NCBI GenBank assembly: GCA_963643925.1
Contig: CAVINS010000001.1
Coordinates: 27,568-91,567 of the forward strand
Source of the DNA: Bacteroidaceae bacterium
GTDB taxonomy: Bacteria; Bacteroidota; Bacteroidia; Bacteroidales; Bacteroidaceae
Direction: 5' to 3'
Length of the DNA: 64,000 bases
The first letter of the stretch is position 1, and each line of letters opens with the position of its first letter. Shown piece after piece: positions 45,165-52,600 of this stretch. Below the pieces are notes generated by a model, which was not told where the DNA came from, ran no database searches, and worked only from the letters and a program-made list of their open reading frames with translations. The translations under genes and the position numbers were made by a program.

Positions 45165-48100
45165 TCAAAGTACGTCCTTACAAATCAGTCGACTGAGCGT
45201 GTCGCTTTGTCCGGCCAGGCGTCCATCCACCAATACACGCAGTCCGCGGCCCTGATGGTAGCGGTCGCCATTGCGGTCCCACAGGATGGTGACGTTGTGG
45301 CCATGGTAGCGCACATTGTCCAGACAGAAGTGGTCCCACTGACCCTCCGGCACCAACGGGTTCACCTCGATACTCTTGTCGGCGCGCGGACGCAGGCCGG
45401 CAATGCCCGTGATGACGAGGTCGTTGAAGGTAGAGTGGTTATAGTAGCGGCTTCGTTCTTGGTCGCCCTTGAGCCAGTAGCCCGTCACCTCGTCGAGATA
45501 CTCGCCGATGTAGGGACGGCCGCGGTGATGCTGCGACTCCACGTAGAGTTGCATCTGGCGGAAGAAGGTGCTGTCCGTCACCACCGGAGCCTCCGAGTGG
45601 TTCAGGTAGTTGGCCAGTGCCGTCAAGGTCTGCGATGTGGCGAAAGGCCAGATGGCACCGTCCCACTCACATTGGCCCACGCCATGCGTGCGGAACTCCG
45701 GGTGACGACGTTCGGCGGTGGTCAGTCCGTAAGGTGCTGAGAATCCATTCTCGTCGTTCAGCTGCTTCCATGCCTTGCTATATTGCTCTGAGGGGAGGTT
45801 GAAGTACCAAGGCATGTAGCCTATTGCCTCGCGTACCTGGGCACAAGTGTCGCCCCGCACGGTCTCGAAGAACTGATGCCGTGCGTTCCACAGGCGTGTC
45901 TCTATCAGTTGTTTCGTCTCCGCTGCCTTTTGGCAGTAGATCTCAGCGTCGGCAGTCTTGCCTATCAACTCGGCAATCTGTGCCAATGCCATGGCGTTGC
46001 CATACATGTAGCTGTTGATGGTGGGGCGGGCGTTTTGTTGCTTGCGTGCACCGCTGATGCTCTCCTCCATGCCGTCGCGCACATCGTATTGCCAGAAGAG
46101 GCCGTTGGCCAGGCGGTGCGTATCCTCCCAGCGCTTGTACTCCTCGCAGAGGTCGGTGTAGAGGTTGGTGATGAAGGTGGTGTCCATCGTCACCAGATAG
46201 CGGTTGTAGATGGCGTCGGGGTTCCACGAGCTGTATTTCATCATGCGGTTCATCGGCTTGCCCTCGTTGCCGCGGTACCATGTGTGTATGATGCCGTCGA
46301 GGTATTTCGGGTCGCGCAGCCAGCGGCTTTCGTAGATGTGGTGGCCGACGGCGCACGAGATGAGGTTATACTTGTCGGCATACGACCGCTTCACCAGGAA
46401 CTCCGTCATGCCGTATCCCACTGGAGTCTCCTCGATGTGTTTGCGCAGCGTCCACCAGCGGTAGTAGAACATCTCTTCGAAGTCCTTCTCGGGACAGTCG
46501 AACAGGGGGATGTTCTCCTTCATCCAGTTCGAAGCCTGCGCGTTGGGGATGGCCTGTGCAATATTCTCGTCCTCCATGGTGTTGAAGTAGTCCACGTAGT
46601 GCTTGTAGTCGGCATACCGCAGCACGGCAGCCGAGCCGTCGGCGTCCATTGATGCGCTCTTCACGTTGGCGATGCGGAACGTAGCCTCCGGGTCCACCCC
46701 GTTGGCGTTGGGAGCGTCTTCATACTGGTCGGCCCATGTGTTCACGGTGGGGTAGTGCCGACGTTCGCCCGTGCGGAACACGATGCGCTCGATGCTGGCA
46801 ACCGGAGCGAAGAGCATGCGGGTAGCCTTCTTCTCGCCGTTCACATAGACCACCGAGTTGCGGTTGGTTACCGACACGTCCACCTTCACATGGTAGCACT
46901 TGCCCGGCTCATACATCAGCACCTTGCCGTAGCGGGCACCGCCTTTGGAGCGGAACTCCCCTTCGGGGGTGAGGTCGAAGCGTGCGCAGGCTGTGCCGTC
47001 CTCATCTACAAACTCTATCTGCATTGTGCCGTGGTCGTTCTGCTCGGCCATCAGGTCGAACTCCACGCTCAGCTCCTTCGTATTGGGTATCTTCCGTTCC
47101 ACCTTGGCGGCGTCGAACGGATCCTTGTCTTTCAGGGTAAGCCATGTGGTGCCATTCTTCTGCTCCAGCGACACGGGAGCCCACACGGGAGAGTAGAGGT
47201 TCCACATGTCCAGGTCCGCCAGCGTCTTGAAGTCTGCGAAATCCTCGTCGGCATGACTGGAGGCGTGTTGCTGCACGGGCACCTTGATGCGGGCCACCCA
47301 CATGTCCTCCTTGTTCACACTGTAGGTCACCCACAGGTTGCCGTCGGCCGGTGTGCCGTTGCCCTCCTGGATGCCTCGCACATACTGCGGGCCGAACGAT
47401 TTGTACTGACCGCAGTAGCGCATCATCGGCACCTCGCCGTGCACCAGGTTTAGCGTGGTGTACTCCAGTCCGTCCTTACTCAGTGAGATGGCCAGTGGCC
47501 AGCGAAACTCCGAGGGGTTGTACACAGTGGCATAGGTGCCGTCGCTCAACCGCTGTCCCCATATCTTGGCGTTGCTGTTGACGAATCCTTTGGCACGGCC
47601 GATGGGTTGCTCCCATGTGTTGCCGCCGTCGCTGCTGATGGAAGTCAGCGCATGCTTCCACAGACAGGCGATGCGTCCGTCTGGCAGTGTGTACCAGCAG
47701 AAAGCCTTATAGATGTCCTTCAAGGGTAGGATAGGGTCTTCTCGGTCGGCCTCCTCCACCCACTGCATGCGGTAGAGCGGGTTGGCGAGAATCTCGTCGC
47801 AAGCCTGTCGGAAGGCTTTGTCCTTTGAGCGTGTATAGTAAGGATAGAGGGTATTCTTCTCGTTGAAGGCGTGGTTGTAATAGATAAAGTAGATGGGGCC
47901 GAAGGTGCCGTCCTCGTGAATCTCGCGCACTACACGTCCCACGCCGTTGCCGTCGTTGGGGTCGTCCTTCGGATGCAGACAGACGCCATAGTGGCCCATG
48001 GCGATGAGCTTGCCCGACTTGGAAACGTAGAATCCCACGCGCTGGTGCATCACGGCATCCAGGTTCTTTGCCACCACCGTGCCGTCCTTTGTGGTGCCGT

Positions 48101-48488
48101 CCGTCAAGTGGTAGACGGGGAATAGCACCTCCGGGGCCGTCCATGTGTAGCCGTCGGCAGAGGTCTGCAGCAGAGTGCACGAGGGCGGCACGTGCTCGTC
48201 CACCACGTCGGAGAGGTAGTGCATATAGAACTTTCCGTTCCAGTAGGCCATCATCGGCTGGTGGTTGTAGGTCCATCCGTTGCCGTTGGTGGAATAGAGG
48301 TCGTAGCGGCGGGTAGCTCGCATCGTCTGTATGTTGTGCACACCCACCACGGGCGAGAGCTGTCCGTCGTGCTCGTTGGGGTTCGATAGTTCAGTACCAG
48401 TATAGTGGATACGGTCTTGCGCATTTACGGGGGCAAGGAACAGGCAACCTGTCGCTACCGTCAACATTTGTTTAGTGAAATGTTTCAT
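45165..48488 (-). CDS. Two-module glycosidase: N-terminal sialidase-like beta-propeller plus C-terminal (alpha/alpha)6-type module, resembling GH143/GH142 RG-II enzymes
   Basis: 1107 aa with a signal peptide. The N-terminal region has NGWTYNHQPMMAYWNGKFYMHY and DGGNTWEQP. The C-terminal region has YYRWWTLRKHIEE...GLFWQYDVRDGMEESISG. The family assignment is from memory of architecture, not a search. Confidence 0.65.
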   Translation of the reverse strand: MKHFTKQMLTVATGCLFLAPVNAQDRIHYTGTELSNPNEHDGQLSPVVGVHNIQTMRATRRYDLYSTNGNGWTYNHQPMMAYWNGKFYMHYLSDVVDEHVPPSCTLLQTSADGYTWTAPEVLFPVYHLTDGTTKDGTVVAKNLDAVMHQRVGFYVSKSGKLIAMGHYGVCLHPKDDPNDGNGVGRVVREIHEDGTFGPIYFIYYNHAFNEKNTLYPYYTRSKDKAFRQACDEILANPLYRMQWVEEADREDPILPLKDIYKAFCWYTLPDGRIACLWKHALTSISSDGGNTWEQPIGRAKGFVNSNAKIWGQRLSDGTYATVYNPSEFRWPLAISLSKDGLEYTTLNLVHGEVPMMRYCGQYKSFGPQYVRGIQEGNGTPADGNLWVTYSVNKEDMWVARIKVPVQQHASSHADEDFADFKTLADLDMWNLYSPVWAPVSLEQKNGTTWLTLKDKDPFDAAKVERKIPNTKELSVEFDLMAEQNDHGTMQIEFVDEDGTACARFDLTPEGEFRSKGGARYGKVLMYEPGKCYHVKVDVSVTNRNSVVYVNGEKKATRMLFAPVASIERIVFRTGERRHYPTVNTWADQYEDAPNANGVDPEATFRIANVKSASMDADGSAAVLRYADYKHYVDYFNTMEDENIAQAIPNAQASNWMKENIPLFDCPEKDFEEMFYYRWWTLRKHIEETPVGYGMTEFLVKRSYADKYNLISCAVGHHIYESRWLRDPKYLDGIIHTWYRGNEGKPMNRMMKYSSWNPDAIYNRYLVTMDTTFITNLYTDLCEEYKRWEDTHRLANGLFWQYDVRDGMEESISGARKQQNARPTINSYMYGNAMALAQIAELIGKTADAEIYCQKAAETKQLIETRLWNARHQFFETVRGDTCAQVREAIGYMPWYFNLPSEQYSKAWKQLNDENGFSAPYGLTTAERRHPEFRTHGVGQCEWDGAIWPFATSQTLTALANYLNHSEAPVVTDSTFFRQMQLYVESQHHRGRPYIGEYLDEVTGYWLKGDQERSRYYNHSTFNDLVITGIAGLRPRADKSIEVNPLVPEGQWDHFCLDNVRYHGHNVTILWDRNGDRYHQGRGLRVLVDGRLAGQSDTLSRLICKDVL

Positions 48489-48551
48489 AAATGTTCGTTC
48501 TTAATGGTATTATATCAATTGGCGGTAGCAAGCGCTACCTCTGTTAGTCTA

Positions 48552-48583
48552 CAAAATTATTGAAAAATCATTGTCGTCTCAAA
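48552..48583 (-). promoter_or_regulatory. Bacteroidota promoter (-7 TAATTTTG, -33 TTTG on the minus strand) for the six-gene CAZyme operon 48488->32184
   Basis: Plus strand has CAAAATTA at 48552-48559 and CAAA at 48580-48583 with 20-nt spacing, 64 nt upstream of the ATG at 48488. Confidence 0.6.
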
Positions 48584-48683
48584 CAACTCACGGCAATCGC
48601 CGTGTTATTTAACGTAAATTGAGAAACTAGTTGTATCGCATCCTTATGACATTTCCGTGTAACAAAGGTTTAATGGCAAAAAG

Positions 48684-48714
48684 TTTGCTACCCCACACAC
48701 ATACACTAAATTTG
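48684..48714 (+). promoter_or_regulatory. Bacteroidota promoter (-33 TTTG, -7 TAAATTTG) for the DMT transporter gene
   Basis: TTTG at 48684-48687 and TAnnTTTG at 48707-48714 with 19-nt spacing. Confidence 0.6.
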
Positions 48715-48746
48715 CAGTCCGAAAGAATCTACACGTCTTGTCTTAT

Positions 48747-49697
48747 ATGATGAACTTGAAAGTTAAAGGCTTCGCACTGGGTGCCATTGCTGCTGCCACA
48801 TACGGCATGAACCCGTTGTTTACCCTGCCGCTCTATAGCAACGGGATGAATCCCGACTCCGTACTCTTCTTCCGTTACCTGTTGGCGTTGCCCATCGTGG
48901 CGGTGATGCTGAAGGCGCGCGGACACTCGCTGAAGCTGCAGCGGCAGGAGGTACTGCCCCTCGTGGTAATGGGTGTGCTGATGGCGGCCTCGTCGCTCTG
49001 CCTCTACTTGAGCTACAACTATATGGCCGCGGGCATTGCCTCCACCATGCTGTTTGTCTACCCCATCATGGTAGCCCTCATCATGGCGTTGGTCTACAAG
49101 GAGCGTCTCTCCCTGATGACCGCTTTTTGTCTGGTGATGGCCTTGGGCGGCATCGGCATGCTCTACAATACCAGCGACGGCGGCACACTGAGTCTGGCCG
49201 GTACCCTGCTGGTGATGCTCTCCTCCCTCTCGTATGCCATCTATCTGGTGGGAGTTAACAAGCCTGTGCTGAAGAATATCCCTACGCTGCGTGTCACCTT
49301 CTACGTGCTGCTGTTCGGAGTATTCCTCTACGTCATCCGCTTGGTGGCCTTCTGTCCGCTCACCGTACCCACGGACTGGTACTTGTGGGGCAACCTCATC
49401 GCATTGGCCATCTTGCCGACCGCCATCTCGTTCTTCTGCACCACCCTTGCCATACAGTACATTGGCTCCACGCCGACGGCCATCTTGGGTGCCTTGGAAC
49501 CTGTCACCGCCATCTTCTTTGGTGTGGTGGTGTTCGATGAAACCCTCACGCCCCGCGACATCGTAGGTCTCGTGATGATTATCACTGCCGTGACGCTGGT
49601 AGTGGCAGGTGGCTCGGTCACCCTCCATTTGCACTTGACCCACTTCCGCAAGCTCTTCCCGAAGATTCCCTTCGGGCACCATCATAAGGCGGAGTGA
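48747..49697 (+). CDS. DMT-superfamily (EamA-like) 10-TM transporter
   Basis: Two EamA-like halves with hydrophobic repeats. The ORF-track start at 48738 is TTG; the first ATGs are at 48747 and 48750 (MMNLKVKG). Confidence 0.85.
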   Translation: MMNLKVKGFALGAIAAATYGMNPLFTLPLYSNGMNPDSVLFFRYLLALPIVAVMLKARGHSLKLQRQEVLPLVVMGVLMAASSLCLYLSYNYMAAGIASTMLFVYPIMVALIMALVYKERLSLMTAFCLVMALGGIGMLYNTSDGGTLSLAGTLLVMLSSLSYAIYLVGVNKPVLKNIPTLRVTFYVLLFGVFLYVIRLVAFCPLTVPTDWYLWGNLIALAILPTAISFFCTTLAIQYIGSTPTAILGALEPVTAIFFGVVVFDETLTPRDIVGLVMIITAVTLVVAGGSVTLHLHLTHFRKLFPKIPFGHHHKAE

Positions 49698-49719
49698 GTG
49701 CACGTCCAGCAAAAACATC

Positions 49720-49759
49720 GGGCGATGAGGCTTGCCGTTGATTGGTAGCTTCATCGCCC
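49720..49759 (+). terminator. Hairpin terminator after the DMT transporter gene
   Basis: GGGCGATGAGGCT pairs with AGCTTCATCGCCC (13 bp, one G-T), 22 nt after the stop. Confidence 0.65.
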
Positions 49760-49798
49760 GTGTTCATTAGACGTAGTTGCAATTATTCCATGTCTCGG

Positions 49799-49824
49799 TT
49801 AGGCTAAAAGTCAGGTTAGCCTAA
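49799..49824 (-). terminator. Hairpin downstream of the DUF3826 gene
   Basis: TTAGGCTA pairs with TAGCCTAA (8-bp stem), 19 nt past the stop at 49843. Confidence 0.45.
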
Positions 49825-49842
49825 GCGGATGGAGAATGAGGG

Positions 49843-50520
49843 CTATTTTTTCTTCTGTGCCTTGCGCTCCTCGATGCGCTTGTACCATTCCTGACGTTCC
49901 TTGTTCAGGTCGTAGCCACGCCCGGCGAGGTAGTTGTTGATGCGGCCCTTGAACTTGCCGAATGTCTCGTGCTTTTTGTTGGAGTTCTCGGCGTCCATGG
50001 CGAACTCACGAGCCTCCACCAGCCAGGCGTAGATTTGTGCCTTCTCCTCGTCGGTGAGCGAAGGAATCATGTCCAAGTGAGCATCGTAAGTCACTTTCAC
50101 CACTCCGTAAGTCATGCCGTCCTTCACGGCGGTTATCTGTGCATCACTGATGTAGAGTGACAAGGCTGCGGGGAAGGCGAAGTGTGAGCGGTACAGGGCG
50201 GCATCCTTTACTGCATTGGCGGCCTTGATGGCATCGTCCTTCTGTGTGCCTGTAATTCCCGATTCCTTTATCTCCTTCAGTTTGGCATCACGGACAGCGT
50301 AGATGTCGTTTAGTTCGAAGTAGCGGTTGGCAATGATGTTGCGTACTTCTTTTGCTGTGACAGTGTCGGCAATGCCGAGCTTGTCTACAATCTTCTGTGA
50401 GCGCTTCACGATGCTCTCTACATACTTCGCATCGCGGTCCTTGCTGTTGAGCTCCACGGCCTGCGTCGCGGTGGCGAAGCAGACAAGGAGCAGACAGAGT
50501 ATAGTGCATCTTATCTTCAT
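49843..50520 (-). CDS. Secreted DUF3826 domain protein
   Basis: The ATG at 50520 gives the signal peptide MKIRCTILCLLLVCFATATQA (the ORF-track start at 50532 is TTG). It is paralogous to the C-terminus of the gene at 40336-42303. Confidence 0.85.
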   Translation of the reverse strand: MKIRCTILCLLLVCFATATQAVELNSKDRDAKYVESIVKRSQKIVDKLGIADTVTAKEVRNIIANRYFELNDIYAVRDAKLKEIKESGITGTQKDDAIKAANAVKDAALYRSHFAFPAALSLYISDAQITAVKDGMTYGVVKVTYDAHLDMIPSLTDEEKAQIYAWLVEAREFAMDAENSNKKHETFGKFKGRINNYLAGRGYDLNKERQEWYKRIEERKAQKKK

Positions 50521-50545
50521 TTCTTGTGTCAATTTCAGTTAGTGA

Positions 50546-52279
50546 TTACATCAGTTTGCCCTTCTCGGCCAGCGTGTCGTAGTTGTTGCGCAGGTCGGTC
50601 CAGTCTATTTTATACTTCGTGCTGATGCCGTTGATGTACTTCTCGATGTTGGTGTATCCATCGCCTGTGCAGTCCTTGTTGGCGTCGCTGGGGTCGTTGG
50701 GGTCCAGTCCGTTGGCCTTCTCCCATTCGTCGGGCATGCCGTCGTTGTCGGAGTCTACGTATGGTGTACCTTTATACTCGGGGTAGCCGCCCATCTGACG
50801 GATGTCGGTGATGATGCCCTGCTTGTATGAGTCCTTGGCACGCGAACGGTACTTGAAGGTACCCTCCTCGTTCTTCGACTTGTCTGCCAGTCCCCAGAGC
50901 GGTCCGTAGTAGTCCTTGGCCATCTTCTTGTCGTAGTAAGCCTCGCCGGTGCGCACCTCGTCGATGATGTGCTCGTCGATGATGTCACGGCAGGGGATGT
51001 TGGCACCCACGTTGCGCAGCACGTAGTTGTATGCTTCGTTGGCGGAGATGATGGTGATGTATGGCATCTCGAACGGTTCGTTCACGCGCATGTATTCGGT
51101 GTGGCCCTCGGTGTTGGGCTCTGTCTCTATCTGGATGCCGCCGGCCCAGTTGTCAGCGGTGATCTCGGGATAGCCCTCCACGATGTTGCCGTTGGCATAG
51201 ACGCGGCCGTACTGCTTGTAGTTGAGCTTGCTGCGGCCCGACTCGGGCTTCAGGATGCGGTGACCCACGTTGCCGGTCTTGGTGGTGGCAGGCCCCGGTT
51301 TGTAGTAGTTGTTGATCATGTTGAACATGGCTGTGTAGTCGCCGCCGTCCGACGAGCGGTGTACCCAGTTGAAGACCACATTGTTGACGAAGTTGAACAC
51401 GCCGTTCCATCCGATGGAGGGGTTACGTCCGGCGTTGCTGGCCCACAGGTTGCGCATGAAGGCACAGTTCTCGCCGCCCAGGGTGCTGCCGAAGGCGTGG
51501 TTGTAGGTGTCGAGCGCCTTGGCAGAGATGGTGTTCTGTATGGTCACGTTCACCGTAGGGAGCTTCTGCTCGGTAACCTGGTACTGTCCCTCGCTGGGGT
51601 CGTACATATGACGATAGAAGGAGATGTTCTCGTCCAGTCCCCACGAGCAGGAGCAGTGGTCTATCATGATGTTGCCCACGGGGTTGCCACCGAAGGCATC
51701 GTCGCGGCTGGTCACGTCGGTGATACCACGGCGGAAGCGCATGTGGCGCACCACCACGTCGTGCGTATCCACACCGAAGGTCTCTCCGGCTACGCAGACA
51801 CCTTCGCCCGGAGCAGTTTGTCCGGCAATGGTGATGTATGGAGCTCTCACACGGATGGGCGATTTCAACTGGATGACACCGGAAACGTTGAACACGACAA
51901 TGCGTGCTCCACCGGATTCACAAGCCTCACGGAACGAGCCGGGACCACTGTCGTTGAGGTTGGTGACGGTGATGACACGACCGCCACGACCACCGAACGA
52001 ATACATACCGCCACCCTCGGCACCGGGGAATGCCGGGATGCGCGCCTGGGGCAGGTCACACGGACGCGCTGCCCAAGGAATGTAGGGACGTCCCTCTTTG
52101 GCTTCTTTCTGTACAATCTTGTAGGCTTCTGCCCACGCTTCTTTCGATGCTTTCGAGGCCTCCGACCGTCTCTTGGCCGACTCCTCACTGGCTTCTTTGG
52201 ATACTGACGGATACTGCGCAAAAGCTGTAGAGCAGAGCAGTCCCGCACAAATAGCGCTTAAAACGTATTTTTTCATCAT
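50546..52279 (-). CDS. Pectate lyase, family PL1, with a C-terminal thrombospondin-type-3-like Ca-binding repeat
   Basis: Motifs PAFPGAEGGGMYSFGGRGGRVITVTNLNDSGPGSFREA, ITIAGQTAPGEG and VVVRHMRFRRG, with the tail DSDNDGMPDEWEKANGLDPNDPSDANKD. Confidence 0.9.
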   Translation of the reverse strand: MMKKYVLSAICAGLLCSTAFAQYPSVSKEASEESAKRRSEASKASKEAWAEAYKIVQKEAKEGRPYIPWAARPCDLPQARIPAFPGAEGGGMYSFGGRGGRVITVTNLNDSGPGSFREACESGGARIVVFNVSGVIQLKSPIRVRAPYITIAGQTAPGEGVCVAGETFGVDTHDVVVRHMRFRRGITDVTSRDDAFGGNPVGNIMIDHCSCSWGLDENISFYRHMYDPSEGQYQVTEQKLPTVNVTIQNTISAKALDTYNHAFGSTLGGENCAFMRNLWASNAGRNPSIGWNGVFNFVNNVVFNWVHRSSDGGDYTAMFNMINNYYKPGPATTKTGNVGHRILKPESGRSKLNYKQYGRVYANGNIVEGYPEITADNWAGGIQIETEPNTEGHTEYMRVNEPFEMPYITIISANEAYNYVLRNVGANIPCRDIIDEHIIDEVRTGEAYYDKKMAKDYYGPLWGLADKSKNEEGTFKYRSRAKDSYKQGIITDIRQMGGYPEYKGTPYVDSDNDGMPDEWEKANGLDPNDPSDANKDCTGDGYTNIEKYINGISTKYKIDWTDLRNNYDTLAEKGKLM

Positions 52280-52572
52280 ATCGGATTAATATTGTTTATA
52301 AGTAGTTCTGTTATCCCTTTGACATAGTGGGGCCCGAAAGGTTGTTTCATGAGAGCTGTATTTTGTACTTTTTAACCAAGATAGACCCTATTGTTACGTT
52401 CGTTCATCACCGGAAAGTGTACGCACGTTGAGCGTTGTCATCGGTACGACTATGGGTCCGTCTTCATGAGTCGGCAGGCATGACTTTACAAATGGACAAA
52501 CATTTGTAACGCAGCTGAAACACGAACACTGGGAAATGAAACTTTTGTGAGCTTGTGGAATTGTGAATTGTC

Positions 52573-52580
52573 TAACTTTG
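52573..52580 (+). promoter_or_regulatory. -7 box TAACTTTG for the GH115/acetylesterase operon
   Basis: Exact TAnnTTTG match, 20 nt upstream of the ATG at 52601. It is preceded by the tandem GGAATTGTGAATTGT. Confidence 0.5.
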
Positions 52581-52600
52581 CATCGTAGGATTTTAATGAC

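Noticed and set aside
48729-49754. 341-aa ORF antisense to the DMT transporter. The same class includes other long antisense or alternative-frame ORFs: 24564-26192, 28351-30168, 29810-31318, 32163-33386, 33738-34805, 21080-22273, 50969-52207, 53348-54313, 57084-58466 and 60799-61737.
   Set aside because: All lie fully inside genes with clear family motifs on the other strand or frame. Their translations are Arg/His/Gly/Val-rich low-information sequences, typical of GC-rich third-position bias, with no recognisable domains or signal peptides.
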